Positions 9,588-21,309 of a stretch of DNA of 64,000 nt are shown here, piece by piece. Location of the stretch: assembly GCA_963662465.1 (NCBI GenBank), contig OY759599.1, positions 1,536,001 through 1,600,000 on the forward strand. The letters are read 5' to 3'. A program made the position numbers and the translations under genes. Each line of letters begins with the position of its first letter. Position 1 is the stretch's first letter. Under the pieces are notes generated by a model, which saw only the letters and a list, made by a program, of their open reading frames with translations, searched no databases and was not told the DNA's origin. This DNA comes from Desulfatiglandales bacterium (lineage in GTDB: Bacteria > Desulfobacterota > DSM-4660 > Desulfatiglandales > Desulfatiglandaceae).

Positions 9588-10895
9588 TCATCGTTGCCTG
9601 AATATCAGCTTTATGGGGGTGCTGGTCAGGCCCAGGTGGAGCCGCAATTGATTGTTTAGAAACCGCTCGTATGAGAAATGCAGCATGTCAGGTCGGTTGA
9701 CGAATACCGCAAATGTCGGCGGTTTTGTACGGGTCTGGGTGGCATAGAAAAACTTGAGCCTTCCACGTCCGATCCTCGGGGGCGGATGTTTTTCGATCAC
9801 CTGTTGTATGGCGCGGTTGACAATGGCGGTGCTGATGCGCGTTGAAAATTGGTCATAGACCGTATCGATTTTGGAGAAAAGCGTCATGACCCGTTCGCCG
9901 GTGAGGGCGGACAGATTAATTTGCGGTGCAAAAGAAACAAATTTCAATTGTCTCTCAATGCCTTTTTTTAGCAATTCTTTTCTTTGTGCATCCCCCTTAA
10001 CCAGATCCCATTTATTGATCCCCAGGACAAGGCCCCGACCTTTTTCAAAAGCGTATCCGCAAATGCGGGCATCCTGATCGGAAATGTCTTCGGCGCCGTC
10101 CAGCAGAAGCACCGCCACGTGACAGCGGTCCAGGCTTTTGATGGCTTTGATCATGGAGAAGGTATCGATTTTTTCCTTTACCCTGGCCTTTCTGCGGATG
10201 CCGGCCGTATCGATTAACAGATATTCCCTGCCGCCATAGGAAAAAGGCGAGTCCACCGTATCGCGGGTGGTTCCGGGCAATTCGCTCACCACCAGCCGGT
10301 CCGCCTTGAGAATGCGATTGATGAGGGATGATTTCCCCACATTGGGCTTTCCCAGAATTGCGACCCGAATCTGGTCGGGGTTATCCGGGGTGCTCGGGGA
10401 AGGGGCGAGGTCCTGGATCAATTCATAGAGGAGGGCTTTAAGGCCGTAGCCATGAGCTGCTGAAATGGCGTGGACGGTTTCAAAACCCAGTTGATAAAAA
10501 TCATTGATCAGATGATCATGTTCGGGGCCATCGATTTTGTTGGCTGCAAGAAAAATTTTCTTATGGGTTCGCCGAAGAATCCCGGCCATTTCCTCATCGC
10601 CGGGCAATACGCCTTCCCGTCCGTCCACCATGAAGATCACCCGGTCCGCTTCCTTGATGGCTGTTTCCACCTGTGTTCTGACGCCTTTTTGAAGGGGGTC
10701 CTGCCCCAGGTCTTCAAAGCCGCCCGTGTCCACCAGCATCATTCGGATGCCCTCATGGGTAATGATTCCCTGGAGGCGGTCTCGGGTAATGCCCGGGCGA
10801 TTGTCCACGAGGGCATTTTTGGATCGGGTCAGCCGGTTGAAAAGCGAGGATTTTCCGACGTTGGGTCGTCCTACAATGGCGAGTATGGGTTCCAT
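9588..10895 (-). CDS. der: Ribosome biogenesis GTPase Der (EngA)
   Basis: Two tandem G-domains (GRPNVGKS, GKPNVGKS; DTGG/DTAG; NKID/NKWD) plus C-terminal KH-like 'PPTF...YERFL'. Confidence 0.97.
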   Translation of the reverse strand: MEPILAIVGRPNVGKSSLFNRLTRSKNALVDNRPGITRDRLQGIITHEGIRMMLVDTGGFEDLGQDPLQKGVRTQVETAIKEADRVIFMVDGREGVLPGDEEMAGILRRTHKKIFLAANKIDGPEHDHLINDFYQLGFETVHAISAAHGYGLKALLYELIQDLAPSPSTPDNPDQIRVAILGKPNVGKSSLINRILKADRLVVSELPGTTRDTVDSPFSYGGREYLLIDTAGIRRKARVKEKIDTFSMIKAIKSLDRCHVAVLLLDGAEDISDQDARICGYAFEKGRGLVLGINKWDLVKGDAQRKELLKKGIERQLKFVSFAPQINLSALTGERVMTLFSKIDTVYDQFSTRISTAIVNRAIQQVIEKHPPPRIGRGRLKFFYATQTRTKPPTFAVFVNRPDMLHFSYERFLNNQLRLHLGLTSTPIKLIFRQR

Positions 10896-10896
10896 A

Positions 10897-11376
10897 TCAG
10901 CTCCGCCCTCCCCCTGGGCCGTAATCAATGGGCGGCAAGGGAATATCTTCCACTTCCAGTGTTTCGGGATCGATCTGTTTGATCACGATTTGTTCAGTGG
11001 GCGATGTGTAGATATACCCGAAAAAGACGTTTTCGGGGCTCAGGATTTCATAGAGCATGGGCGGAAAATTGACATAGGATTCCAGCCATCCAACAATTTC
11101 TTCAACAACGGACGCGTCGGTCACGGGCATCCATTTCTCTCCCATGAGGCGTTTGCCGTCCGCCCTGGGCCCGAACATGATGGCTGACGGTGAATCGGTT
11201 GAGAGACCGGCATAAAGAATGTCGTAATTTTGCCAGTTTTCCTTGAGTTGTTGAATGGTCAGGTTATGATCACCTGATGTCATCCGGGTTTTGCCGTAGT
11301 TTCCCAGGCATCCGGAAAAAAACAACAGGAGTACGGAAATACCTGTCAAAAAGAGTACGGGTTTAATGGCTTTCAT
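10897..11376 (-). CDS. Putative lipoprotein
   Basis: Signal peptide with lipobox FSGC. Confidence 0.7.
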   Translation of the reverse strand: MKAIKPVLFLTGISVLLLFFSGCLGNYGKTRMTSGDHNLTIQQLKENWQNYDILYAGLSTDSPSAIMFGPRADGKRLMGEKWMPVTDASVVEEIVGWLESYVNFPPMLYEILSPENVFFGYIYTSPTEQIVIKQIDPETLEVEDIPLPPIDYGPGGGRS

Positions 11377-11519
11377 TTCAAAGCCTCCTTTCCAGATAGC
11401 TTTGTCATCAATTCTTCAATTTCATGAATTAACGCAGGACGATTGGGATATGGATAAACTACTTGAAGCAGTCTGGCATACCCACACAGATTAGGCAAGG
11501 GAAAATCATTCAAAATGAT

Positions 11520-14500
11520 TTATGCTTCCTGGTTCACTTTTCTTTGGGGATGAAACAACGAATAGACCGCTGGGATAAGGACCAAGGTGATCAACGTTGA
11601 TCCGGTAAGCCCTCCTACAACCGCACGGGCCAGGGGGGCCTGGGCGTCCGCGCCCTCGCCGATGCCGAGCGCCAGGGGCAACAGGCCCAGGATCGTCGTC
11701 AGCGTCGTCATGAGAATCGGCCGCAGCCTGCGGCGACCGGCCTCGGTCAGGGCATCAGGTGTATTCATACCGGCGCGAACCAGTTGACCGGCCTGGTCTA
11801 CCAGTAAAACGGCGTTGTTGACCACAATTCCCCCCAGCATGATGCAGCCGATGTAGGATTGAACATTCAGTGTGGTTTTGGTGATGAACAGCGTGACCAA
11901 TACCCCCACCGCCGCCAGGGGTACGGAAAACATCACCACCAGTGGGTCCCTGAGCGACTCGTATTGACAGGCCAGTACCATGTATACCAGGAGCAGGGCC
12001 AGAACAATTGAGGTTGCCATTTCGCCGAATGCCTTCTGCTGCTCTTCGAAATTACCGGCCACCATCAGGTCATACCCCATGGGACGGGGGATCCCGTTAA
12101 GCAGGGTCTGTACGTCCCGGGCCACGGAACCCAGGTCGCGCCCCGCAACGTTGGCCTGGACGGTAACCATTCGCTGCTGGTTTTTTCGGTCGATCAAAAG
12201 GGGGCCGCGTCCCTGTTTAGTGGTGACGAGGTTACGCAGCGCCACCTGTTCGCCGTTCCCGGTGGCCAATGTCAAGCCCAGAATTTCGTCCAGGGACCGT
12301 TTTTCGGCATCTTTCAGCTGAACGAGAATACGATAGGAATTACCCCCTGTTCGGTACTCCCCCGCTTTGGAACCGGCCACCGCTGTTTCCAGGAGCTGTG
12401 TCACGTTGCGAACGGTGAGGTCCAGGTCGGCGATTTTGCTTCGGTCCACCTGAATGTCCTGCTGAGGGACGCCTGCCTCGATACTGGTCTGAACATCCGT
12501 TATCCCCGGCACATCTTTAATAACCTCCGCTACCCTTTGGACCAGAGCGTTTAGAACGCTCAGTTCGAATCCTCGAATCTCGATGGTCAACCCTTCATCG
12601 CCGCCCAGGATTCGTTCCAGAAGGAACTGGCCCTTCGGTGCACGAACACGAATTTCCATGCCGGGGATGCTGCCCTCCAACCGGCGACGCAGGTCCTGTG
12701 CGATGTCATCGTTGGACCGATTCCGCTGTGCAGCTGGCGTAAGCGACAGGATTATTTCGCCTTCCGCGGCCGCGTCGGCTCTGCGACCGGAGGCCCCTAC
12801 CGTGACCACGGAAGCCACCGTCTCAGGCACGGCGGGGTAGACGATTTTTTCCATTTTGCGTGTTTGCTGATCCACCAGCGCCAGCCGGGTGCCGATTTCC
12901 ATCTTGCCGGTGATACGCACCTCTCCCTCATCGCTGGGGGGAAGGAACTCGCTGCCGATCATGGGCAGGAGCAAGAGGCTTAAGGCCAACAGGGCAGCCG
13001 ACACAAAGACGGTAACCAGGCGATGGGTCAACGCCTTTTTCAGCAGGCGCAGGTAGGCGTTGTCGAGACCCAGGAAAAGGGTGTTGGAAGAAGCGATCAA
13101 TCTTTTGATAAATATCCGTTGCTGTTTGCGGGGTTCCAGAGATGAGGTAAGGAGTCTGGACGCCAGCATGGGCACCAGTGTCAGGGAGACCGCCAGGGAA
13201 CAGATCAGAGAGAAGATGATCACGTAAGCCAGTTCCTTGAAAAGGATGCCCGCTACTCCCTGCACAAATACCAGCGGCAGGAAAATCACAAGGGTGGTGA
13301 TGGTGCTGGCGACGATGGCCATACTGACTTCCCGTGCCCCTTCCACGGCGGAAACGTCCGGCAACTCACTGTTCTCACAACCGCGGCGGAAAATATTTTC
13401 CAGAACAACGATGGAGCTATCAACCATCATGCCCACGCCCAACGCCAGCCCGCCCAAGGTCATGAGGTTGAGGGTGAACCCTCCGAAATACATCAGGGCA
13501 AAGGTGGCAATGATCGAGATGGGGATGGACAGGGAGATAATGATGGTGCTGCGCAGGTTGCGCAGGAAAAACAGTAACACCAGAATCGCCAGCCCACCGC
13601 CGTACAGTACCGACCGGGCGACGTTTTTAATGGACCGCTCAATGAAATTTCCCTGGTTGATGACCGGGACGATGTGGATCTGTGGAAAGGCGTCGTTGAC
13701 CGCCTTGATTTCGGCCAGAACCCGCTTGGATACCTCCACCGTATTGGCATTGGCCTGTTTACGAATGGCCACCCGGATGCCCTGTGTACCATTGACTCTC
13801 GTTATCCGTGTCAACTTTTCGTAGGTGTCTTCGATGTCCGCGATTTGACGAAGGGTGACGGCTGCGCCGTCCCGCTTTACAATGACAGTATCCCGAATCT
13901 GGTCCAGGTTGGTGAATTCGGCGGGCGCTCGGAGCATGACCTCATAACGCCCCTGTTCGATCTTGCCTGTAGGCAGATCCAGGTTGGCGTCATTGATGGC
14001 GGCAATCACGCGGTCCATGGAGAGCCCCAGGGCTTTGACCCGATCGGGGTCCAGTTCGATGCGAACCTCGCGGTTAAACCCTCCCCAGGTGTCCACCTGT
14101 GCAACGCCCGGAATGTGGGCGAACCGATATCGGATTTGAACTTCAATTAACTCGGTGAGTTCCACCGGATCCAGGCCGCTGGAAATGCCCAGCACCACCA
14201 CCGGAAAACTGGCAATATCAAACTTTCGAATGCGGGGCCTGACGACATCTTCCGGCAACTCGTTGATTTCATTTTCCAGCATGCCCTGAACGTCGATGGC
14301 AGCGGCATCAATTTTCGTGCCCCATGCGAAGCTGACGCGAACATTGCTGTTGCCTTCCGAGGATGTGGAACTGATTTCCTCCACGCCGGGGACCGTGGCG
14401 ACGATTTCTTCAATGATCTGTGTTACCAGCCGTTCCATGACTTCCGGGCCGGCCCCCTCGTACTCGGTGCGGATGCTCAATGTGGGCATTTCGATATCAG

Positions 14501-14612
14501 GCAGCATGTCGATTTGCAAGCGGCTCAGGGAGACGGTGCCAAGGATGACTACAATCAGGGTGACCATGGTGGTAAAGATGGGGCGCCGAACGCTGAATCC
14601 CGGCATGTTCAC
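11520..14612 (-). CDS. RND efflux permease (AcrB/AcrD/AcrF family)
   Basis: 1030 aa; '[14 protein letters not shown]', 'RRLRPILMT', hydrophobic TM pattern. Confidence 0.95.
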   Translation of the reverse strand: MNMPGFSVRRPIFTTMVTLIVVILGTVSLSRLQIDMLPDIEMPTLSIRTEYEGAGPEVMERLVTQIIEEIVATVPGVEEISSTSSEGNSNVRVSFAWGTKIDAAAIDVQGMLENEINELPEDVVRPRIRKFDIASFPVVVLGISSGLDPVELTELIEVQIRYRFAHIPGVAQVDTWGGFNREVRIELDPDRVKALGLSMDRVIAAINDANLDLPTGKIEQGRYEVMLRAPAEFTNLDQIRDTVIVKRDGAAVTLRQIADIEDTYEKLTRITRVNGTQGIRVAIRKQANANTVEVSKRVLAEIKAVNDAFPQIHIVPVINQGNFIERSIKNVARSVLYGGGLAILVLLFFLRNLRSTIIISLSIPISIIATFALMYFGGFTLNLMTLGGLALGVGMMVDSSIVVLENIFRRGCENSELPDVSAVEGAREVSMAIVASTITTLVIFLPLVFVQGVAGILFKELAYVIIFSLICSLAVSLTLVPMLASRLLTSSLEPRKQQRIFIKRLIASSNTLFLGLDNAYLRLLKKALTHRLVTVFVSAALLALSLLLLPMIGSEFLPPSDEGEVRITGKMEIGTRLALVDQQTRKMEKIVYPAVPETVASVVTVGASGRRADAAAEGEIILSLTPAAQRNRSNDDIAQDLRRRLEGSIPGMEIRVRAPKGQFLLERILGGDEGLTIEIRGFELSVLNALVQRVAEVIKDVPGITDVQTSIEAGVPQQDIQVDRSKIADLDLTVRNVTQLLETAVAGSKAGEYRTGGNSYRILVQLKDAEKRSLDEILGLTLATGNGEQVALRNLVTTKQGRGPLLIDRKNQQRMVTVQANVAGRDLGSVARDVQTLLNGIPRPMGYDLMVAGNFEEQQKAFGEMATSIVLALLLVYMVLACQYESLRDPLVVMFSVPLAAVGVLVTLFITKTTLNVQSYIGCIMLGGIVVNNAVLLVDQAGQLVRAGMNTPDALTEAGRRRLRPILMTTLTTILGLLPLALGIGEGADAQAPLARAVVGGLTGSTLITLVLIPAVYSLFHPQRKVNQEA

Positions 14613-15823
14613 GATATGGGTTCCTCCTCGGAATCGATTTTAATTTCATGTTGCTTCTCGGGAATTGTGACGGCCGAACCGTTCTTTAACAGCTGTTGCC
14701 CCAGAATAACCACTTGGCCGGACAACCCTTCGCCTTCTACCTGCACCCGACCCTCCTCCCGAATGCCCACTTTTACCGCACGCCAGATAACCGATTTTCC
14801 ATCCTTACTCACCACAAATACCCCATGCAGGCCGTCACGGGTGGTCAAAGCCTGTTCGGGGACAATGGTGGTGTCAAGCACCCGTTTCAGCACCACCGTG
14901 GCCCGAATGAACATGCCCGGTTTGAGCCGGTGTCCCGGATTTTCAATGATCATTTCCACCCGGGCCTGGCGCGTGGCTTTTTGGAAAACGGGGGCAATAC
15001 GATCGATTCGACCGAAAAACGCTGCGTCCAAATAGGCATCCGTCGTCAATGAAACGGTCTGTCCTGGTCTTAGATGTGCATAATCTTTTTCGGTTGCATA
15101 AACCACACCCAGAATGGGGTCCAGTTCAACAATCAGCAGGAGGGGCTGGTTGGCCGCAACGGTCTGACCTTCATCGTAATAACGATCGGCCACAATGCGA
15201 TCATCGCCGCCGCCGCTCCAGCTGGCTGTGACTTGATTGTACCCGAGCCGAATGTTTGCCGTTTCCAGCGATGATGCCGCTTTGGCTACCTGGGCTTCCG
15301 CCACCTGGAGTTGTGCCTGCCTGGTCAGTTGATCCGCCTGGCGCGTATCGAACTCGGAATCGGACGCGATGCCGCGCTTGAGCAGTTGCCGGGTGCGCTC
15401 AAACTCTCGGTTCGCGATGGCAAGCGCGCTCTTCGCCATGGCCAGATTGGCTTTTGCCACCACCAGATCGGCTTTTGCCTGGGCCACAGCCTGAACATAC
15501 TCGGCGTTGTCGAGTTCCCCGACAACCTGTCCCCGCTTGACGATATCCGAAATATTAACCAGGAGCTTCTCGACACGCCCGCTGACTTTCGGCGCCACCA
15601 CGAACTCGGCCAGGGCCTCCAGTGCGCCACTGAAAGACCTCTTTAACACCATGGGGCCACGCTGAATCAGGGCGACTTCCACCGGCAACGATCGTGATGC
15701 ATTGCCACCTTTGCCTGGGGCCTCATGATCCTGAATTTGACGGAAGATCAGCCAGCCTGCGCTTGCTGCAACCCCAAGTAGAAGGAGAACCGGAATAAGC
15801 ATTTTCAGACTGGGGGTCTTCAT
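14609..15823 (-). CDS. RND efflux periplasmic adaptor (MFP)
   Basis: N-terminal TM, lipoyl half-motif '[12 protein letters not shown]...VKRGQ', coiled-coil hairpin, 'LKPGMF'. Confidence 0.93.
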   Translation of the reverse strand: MKTPSLKMLIPVLLLLGVAASAGWLIFRQIQDHEAPGKGGNASRSLPVEVALIQRGPMVLKRSFSGALEALAEFVVAPKVSGRVEKLLVNISDIVKRGQVVGELDNAEYVQAVAQAKADLVVAKANLAMAKSALAIANREFERTRQLLKRGIASDSEFDTRQADQLTRQAQLQVAEAQVAKAASSLETANIRLGYNQVTASWSGGGDDRIVADRYYDEGQTVAANQPLLLIVELDPILGVVYATEKDYAHLRPGQTVSLTTDAYLDAAFFGRIDRIAPVFQKATRQARVEMIIENPGHRLKPGMFIRATVVLKRVLDTTIVPEQALTTRDGLHGVFVVSKDGKSVIWRAVKVGIREEGRVQVEGEGLSGQVVILGQQLLKNGSAVTIPEKQHEIKIDSEEEPIS

Positions 15824-16587
15824 GCTAAACCATCCTGATTGTCTTTATTGGAATGAAAAATCCTTGACCTCATCTTCTCATACGCCAATTCCATCAAGGG
15901 TTCCAGGTTGATGATATCGGCGCTGTTATAGGAAATTAAGGTTTTCAGCGCTTTTTTATCACCTCGCCGGTATTTCCGCCAGAGCCTGACCGCTTCAAAG
16001 CCGTCCACACCCTCTATGTCCGTGCCCCGGGTGATGCCCATCTTCTTTTCAATCCGTTTCAGCCCCCCCTCGTAACCCAGTTTTTTGAGAAGGAATCTTA
16101 GATCAATATGACCCGGGGGCAATGAAATTCCCGGAAAGCAGCTTCGGATAAAGGGCAGGTCAAAGCAGGCGCCGTTGAAGGTGATGACCAGATCATAGGC
16201 GGCCACGGCCATTTCAAATGCATCGAGGTTTTTTCCGTTCACGAAGGTCTGGACCCTGGCGCCGTCGTAAAGTCCGATGACGGTGATGTCATTGTTCCAT
16301 TGATCATAGCCGCTGGTTTCAATATCCAGATAAACGGCCCGATGTTTGAACCCATCAAAGAGGCGCCACATTTCCCCGGAAGGCAATCTTTCGCTGAAAA
16401 AACCGATATCGTCCCGGTGCGCCAAGGAAATTTCTAAATTCTGACGGATCAAACCGTCCCTTGCCGGGGAAAAAACAGGTTTTTCATGTTGCAGAAAATC
16501 CTGCCACCTGTAAATTCCCCTGCGCCGGAGATTCTGTTCCGTTTTTACGCCGATCCCCGGTATATGGATAAAGGTATATTCAAGCAT
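15820..16587 (-). CDS. RNase H-like exonuclease (YprB-like)
   Basis: YLDIETSG, TFNGACFDLPF, HIDL, YNSADI; N-terminal HhH IPGIG. Confidence 0.85.
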   Translation of the reverse strand: MLEYTFIHIPGIGVKTEQNLRRRGIYRWQDFLQHEKPVFSPARDGLIRQNLEISLAHRDDIGFFSERLPSGEMWRLFDGFKHRAVYLDIETSGYDQWNNDITVIGLYDGARVQTFVNGKNLDAFEMAVAAYDLVITFNGACFDLPFIRSCFPGISLPPGHIDLRFLLKKLGYEGGLKRIEKKMGITRGTDIEGVDGFEAVRLWRKYRRGDKKALKTLISYNSADIINLEPLMELAYEKMRSRIFHSNKDNQDGLA

Positions 16588-16588
16588 A

Positions 16589-16621
16589 TTAAGTTTTAAG
16601 TTTTAAGTTTTACGTTTTAAG
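16589..16621. repeat. Heptamer tandem repeat (AAGTTTT)n
   Basis: TTAAGTTTTAAGTTTTAAGTTTTACGTTTTAAG in an intergenic spacer; similar runs at 28123-28159 and, inverted, ~19630-19678. Confidence 0.8.
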
Positions 16622-16625
16622 ACCA

Positions 16626-17825
16626 TCAACATTTAAACATCCCGTTTTCATATATCACGACATTTTCTCCGGACTTCAAATGGGCCGTGACGGTTTTGGG
16701 TTCGGTGTTGACCAGGTCCCAGTGAAGGGCGGAATCGTTGAAGCCCAGGTCTTTTTTCATTTCTTCCGTGAGGGTGGCGGGATCCCCATCAAAGGTATCC
16801 GAGTAGGAGGCGCCCACGGCCAGGTGACAGTTGCCGTTGTCTCCGCCGAAGTTTTCATCATAGAGGGTGTTGGCCATGAAGCGGTCGATTTTGGAAAACC
16901 GTTTATCTGTCAGGGAAAACTCCCCAACCTGGGCCGCCCCTTCATCCATTTTCAGCTGTTTTTGGGTGAAGGCTTCCCCTTTTTTGGCCTTGATTTTGGT
17001 GACGACCCCTTCGTGGAAAGTCAGGTTGACCTCTTCCACATAGTTCCCGCTTCTGAAGGAGGGCTGGTTGGCAAAATAGACGCCTTCGGTGCCGCGCCAG
17101 TCAGGCGAGATAAACAGTTCAAAACTGGGGATGTTATGCCCGGATATGCCGATCCATTTTCGTCGTTCCCCCGGTGTGATTTTTAGATCAGTCCTCTCCG
17201 ACTCAACATGATAATGCTCGACATCCATGCTGTTCATCCATTTCTTGATGTCCATGGCGTCGTTATAGACGGTCTCCCAGGCTTTTACCGGGTCGGGCTG
17301 GTCCAGATAGCAAGCCTTTATGACCTGATGTGTGTATTCTTCAAGGGTCAGTTTGGCTTGTTTGGCCAATTCCTCGGTGGGGACGGTGCATAAGGTCCAT
17401 CCCAATTCTCCCCGTTCTTCCCGCTTCCGCATGATGTCCCGAAAGGGCTTCATGGCTACAGCGACCTTGCCGATGCGTTTGGGGTCAATGTCCGCCAGGT
17501 GGGTTAAGGAAGTGGGGGCATGGAGGAAAATCCTGCCGTTGAGGTTTTTAAAGAGTTCTTCATCCCATGAGCCCATGAAAACCAGTTGTTTTTCATCTGA
17601 TTTTTCATAAAAATCATGTTCCATGGTCGTTGTTCGACCTGAGCGCATGACCGGATGAACCCCCAACTCCAGGAGTTTTCCATGAAGCGCTTCAGCCAGT
17701 CCCACCGCTGGAAGGTCAAATTGAACCATAACCACGTCTTCCTTTTGAAAGGCGCCGCTCCTGGCTTTCTTGAGTCCCCACAGCAGGACGTCGGCGTACA
17801 TATCCATCTGATTTTTTGTTAACAT
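16626..17825 (-). CDS. Aminopeptidase, M29 (AmpS/PepS) family
   Basis: NIPSFELF, GEFSL, TLYDEN, HLAVGASY, FNDSALHWD. Confidence 0.92.
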   Translation of the reverse strand: MLTKNQMDMYADVLLWGLKKARSGAFQKEDVVMVQFDLPAVGLAEALHGKLLELGVHPVMRSGRTTTMEHDFYEKSDEKQLVFMGSWDEELFKNLNGRIFLHAPTSLTHLADIDPKRIGKVAVAMKPFRDIMRKREERGELGWTLCTVPTEELAKQAKLTLEEYTHQVIKACYLDQPDPVKAWETVYNDAMDIKKWMNSMDVEHYHVESERTDLKITPGERRKWIGISGHNIPSFELFISPDWRGTEGVYFANQPSFRSGNYVEEVNLTFHEGVVTKIKAKKGEAFTQKQLKMDEGAAQVGEFSLTDKRFSKIDRFMANTLYDENFGGDNGNCHLAVGASYSDTFDGDPATLTEEMKKDLGFNDSALHWDLVNTEPKTVTAHLKSGENVVIYENGMFKC

Positions 17826-17849
17826 TAGTAATTCTCCTTAGTTTGGTTG

Positions 17850-18302
17850 TTAACTCAGCATGTTTTCTCTGATCTCTTTTCCGGGGAGTTGGGAACGAAT
17901 AGCGCCATGAATATAAAGCCCCAGACCTAAGATTCTGTGATCCCCCAGGGTCAGAATGACATACCCTTTCTCCAGCTTCGCATCAACGGGAATCTCGCCG
18001 GTCAGGATGAGGGTTTGAAGTTGCGCCATGTCCATATGGAACATGTTTTTTGTGGCAAACCGACCGAAAAACTGGATGAAACGCGTGGTGGGTTTTAAAA
18101 ATTGGCCCACCCTTCGAAAGGCTCTCAGGCCGACCCTTGAAACCTTCAGGTGCGCCGCATTTTTCACCTGTTCGGATTTTCGCATGATAAACCATCCCTT
18201 CTTTCTTTCAAAGAGAAGGTAGTCATCTAAAATCGTCAGGGGGATTCCGAATCGTTCCAGCAGAAAAGCTGAAAGCGCTTGCCGACTACCATTTTCGGCC
18301 AA
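17850..18302 (-). CDS. Hypothetical protein, possibly PUA/NIP7-like partner of the methyltransferase
   Basis: Overlaps the end of the RsmB/NOP gene; probable TTG start; 'LKPTTRFIQ...GYVIL...LGLG'. Confidence 0.55.
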   Translation of the reverse strand: MAENGSRQALSAFLLERFGIPLTILDDYLLFERKKGWFIMRKSEQVKNAAHLKVSRVGLRAFRRVGQFLKPTTRFIQFFGRFATKNMFHMDMAQLQTLILTGEIPVDAKLEKGYVILTLGDHRILGLGLYIHGAIRSQLPGKEIRENMLS

Positions 18303-19191
18303 TTTTGGCCATGAAGAACCCCACCGAATTGACATGGTGGGGGTAAAATCTGGCTGTTTTTGTAAGACGTTTGTCATATACTTCATCTTTCCATTCCGAC
18401 AGTCCCGGTTCATAATCGATGCCCACATGGATGGGCAGCAGCTCCGCATCTCTCTCATTTAAAAGGAAATTAATCACCGATTCATTCTCTTCGGGGTTAT
18501 AGGTGCAGGTGGCGTAAAGCATTTGCCCGGTATCCGTCAGAAGGTCAAATCCTCGAAGGAGTATCCTTTTCTGGATTTCGGGAAGCCTGATTCTTCTTTG
18601 GTCCTCATGGTAAGCGGTCTGCTTCAGGGTTTTCCTGAACCGACCTTCGCAGGAGCAGGGAACATCGGCCAAAATATAGTCAAATGGTTGGCGCAAGGGA
18701 AATTCCTGTGCCTGGTAACCAGTTACCACCGCATTCTGTACGCCAAGCCTTGCGAGGGTATGCCCCAGGGATACATGCCGGGTTGCGTAGAGGTCGTTAC
18801 AAACAATGGCCCCCGTATTTTCCACCAGGTCCGCCAGATGAGCGCTTTTGCCGCCCGGCGCCGCACACATGTCAAGAATCAGCGTATCCTTGGTGGGGGC
18901 CAGGGCGATGGGGGCCAGGGCGGAGGTCAGGGCCTGGGGATGGATGTGCCCCAGAAAATATTCCAGCAGGTTTCCGGAAGTGGGGATATCTTCCGCAATA
19001 TAAAGGGTGTCGTGTTTGCGGCAGGCCCGGGTCAGGGAAACGCCTTTTTCCGTTAAAGTGGATACCACTTGTTGGGACGTCGCCATCAAGTGATTGATTC
19101 TCAGGTGAACCGGAAAGGGCCTTTCCAGGCTTTCCTCAAAAAGCGGAAAATCGTGAATGATGTCTTTATAAGCTTCAAACGTATCGGTCAT
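18286..19191 (-). CDS. RsmB/NOP (RsmF-like) RNA m5C methyltransferase
   Basis: LDMCAAPGGKS, ADVPCSCEG, YATCTYNPEENE, RFYPH...GFF. Confidence 0.92.
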   Translation of the reverse strand: MTDTFEAYKDIIHDFPLFEESLERPFPVHLRINHLMATSQQVVSTLTEKGVSLTRACRKHDTLYIAEDIPTSGNLLEYFLGHIHPQALTSALAPIALAPTKDTLILDMCAAPGGKSAHLADLVENTGAIVCNDLYATRHVSLGHTLARLGVQNAVVTGYQAQEFPLRQPFDYILADVPCSCEGRFRKTLKQTAYHEDQRRIRLPEIQKRILLRGFDLLTDTGQMLYATCTYNPEENESVINFLLNERDAELLPIHVGIDYEPGLSEWKDEVYDKRLTKTARFYPHHVNSVGFFMAKIGRKW

Positions 19192-19319
19192 GGGATCAAA
19201 AATTCCGGGATTAAATGTTTGTGCCTGGGTTACCAGGCCGGCGCGTGGGAACAAGGACAGCATCCCTTCTAATACTAGGCGTTCCCCCTTTCATTGTCAA
19301 TTCTCAATATCACCCCTTG

Positions 19320-19602
19320 TTGAAAGGCAAATTCCAGGAACTGGTCATGGCTCTTTTCAAAAAGACCGATCGGCCCGTGGTCATCCTGATCGACGAATAC
19401 GATAAACCCATCATCGATCATCTGGGCAAAGGCGATGCAGCCATTGAAATCGCCAAGGCCAACCGGGATATTCTGAAGTCGTTTTTGGGTTTTACCTGAT
19501 GGTCTCCGCTACAAAGGCCTCGGCAAAAAGCGCCTGCTCATGGGCATCGGCTTTGACCCGAAAAAGCGTCAGGTGGCAGGCTGGAAGCTGGAAAGCCTCT
19601 GA
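19320..19602 (+). pseudogene. Internally deleted AAA-ATPase / PD-(D/E)XK nuclease gene remnant
   Basis: 'VVILIDEYDKPI' fragment joined to a C-terminal-type 'LLMGIGFDPKKRQV' fragment. Confidence 0.7.
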
Positions 19603-19805
19603 GGCAGGCAGGCCCCCCCTCGTTCCCCTTAAGTAACGTAAAATTAAAATCGGCATTATTTAAAACGTAAAACGTAAGAATCTAAGATAGCTCGGGTTCT
19701 CCATCGCGTTGCCGCGCCATTGATTTGTGAAAGGATCCTTTTCCCCGCAGGGATGTACCCCATAAACTTCTTTACTTTTGATGATGCTGTCATTAATATT
19801 CAATC

Positions 19806-20565
19806 ATGTATATCGCAAGAATATTGACAAACAAGCTTTACAAGCTGGTCGAATCCTTCCCTGTCGTTGTTGTCAGCGGCGCCAGGCAAGTCGGAAAAAG
19901 TACACTGCTCCAGAATACATTGTACCTACATTGAGCGGGATGTGAGGCTTTTAGCTGAAGTATCAAGTTTGCAGTTATTCGGCAGATTCATTCAACTTGT
20001 TTCCGCCTTAACAGCGCAGGAAATAAATTACAGCCAACTTGGCAGAGAATTAGGCCTGACGCCGCAAACCGCGCAAAGATGGCTTGATATTTTAAAAGCC
20101 ACTTTCCAATGGTTTGAGATTCCCGCTTATTCGGGAAATTTAATAAAAAGGGTCAGCAGCAAGTCAAAAGGATATATTGCAGACACCGGCCTTGCCTGTT
20201 TGACTCAGGCGATCTCTACGCCTAAAGCCATAGGGGGCCATCCCCTTTGGGGCGCAATATTTGAAACTGCCGTTGCAGCTGAATTAAGGAAACAAACTTC
20301 TTTTTCATCACCCGTGCCTAATTTTTATCACTGGAGATCCTACAGCGGTGCGGAAGTTGATATTATACTGGAATATAACGGAATCCTTTACCCGATTGAA
20401 ATAAAAGCCAAAACCAATCCTTCCCGTCGTGATACAATGGGGATTTCCGCATTCCGCAAAAAATACCCACAGCTTAACATTGCTCAGGGTTTAGTAATTG
20501 CTCCATGCTCAGGGGTTATTCAGTTGTCCGAAAATGATTATGCGGCGCCCTGGGATTTGTTATAG
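19806..20565 (+). pseudogene. AAA ATPase with DUF4143-like C-terminus, internally deleted/frameshifted
   Basis: ATG 19806 frame gives 'SGARQVGKSTLL' then stops; another frame resumes 'TYIERDV...DTGL...YHWRSYSGAEVD...PIEIK'. Confidence 0.8.
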
Positions 20566-20577
20566 CAAATAAACCGT

Positions 20578-20793
20578 ATGAGCCCCGGGAGCAACCGGCT
20601 GGAATATTACGATTTGAAAACGGACCCCCGGGAGCTGAAGAACCTTTTCAGCAGCCCGGAGGCCGCTGGTTACGGAGACCTCCAGGAGGTGTTGATGCAG
20701 TGGCGAAACAGTTGGAAAAAGGGGGATCAGGGAGAGAAGCGGGTGGATGAAAAAACCCGGGAGAAGCTCCGGTCGTTGGGGTATTTGCGGTAA
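20578..20793 (+). pseudogene. Sulfatase-like C-terminal fragment
   Basis: 'EYYDLKTDPRELKNL...KLRSLGYL' tail only. Confidence 0.7.
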
Positions 20794-21065
20794 AACAAAA
20801 CAGCTGTTGTCATCTATTCTCATGAGCACCGAATCACTGGACTGCCAACCGGGCAGACACACAGGTCTGCCCTTACCCACCCAATTTTTTCATTGTCAAT
20901 TCTCAATTTGCCGGAACTATTTTGAAAACATCCCGGCATCATTATTGATTGATATCTATTCGTTAATGTTGTAAAAAAAATAATGAAGTTTTGCTAATGA
21001 TCTTTTAATCCTTCCCAGGAGAAATCAAGGATGACGGTTCTAACATCTTCGGAAACAGGTTTTAG

Positions 21066-21305
21066 ATGCCGATTCGATTCGGCCATGATACCTCTTTTGC
21101 GGCTGCCCATGGGTATGAGGCTGCACGTCTGTTTTTGAAGGCCTTGAAAGGGAAACGCCCTTCAGAGACGCTCAAGGCGGCGATTCTGAATCAGAAGCGC
21201 TTCTTCGGGGTCCTTGGGGATTTCAGTCTGGATGGCTTCGGGGATCCCCAAAGAGACCGTTTTCTGGTGGTATCCAATGCGGGCCAATTCAGGGGGTTGG
21301 AGTAG
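21066..21305 (+). pseudogene. C-terminal fragment of an ABC branched-chain-type substrate-binding protein
   Basis: 'AAHGYEAA...FFGVLGDFSLDGFGD' directly upstream of the Cache kinase. Confidence 0.6.
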
Positions 21306-21309
21306 TGCC

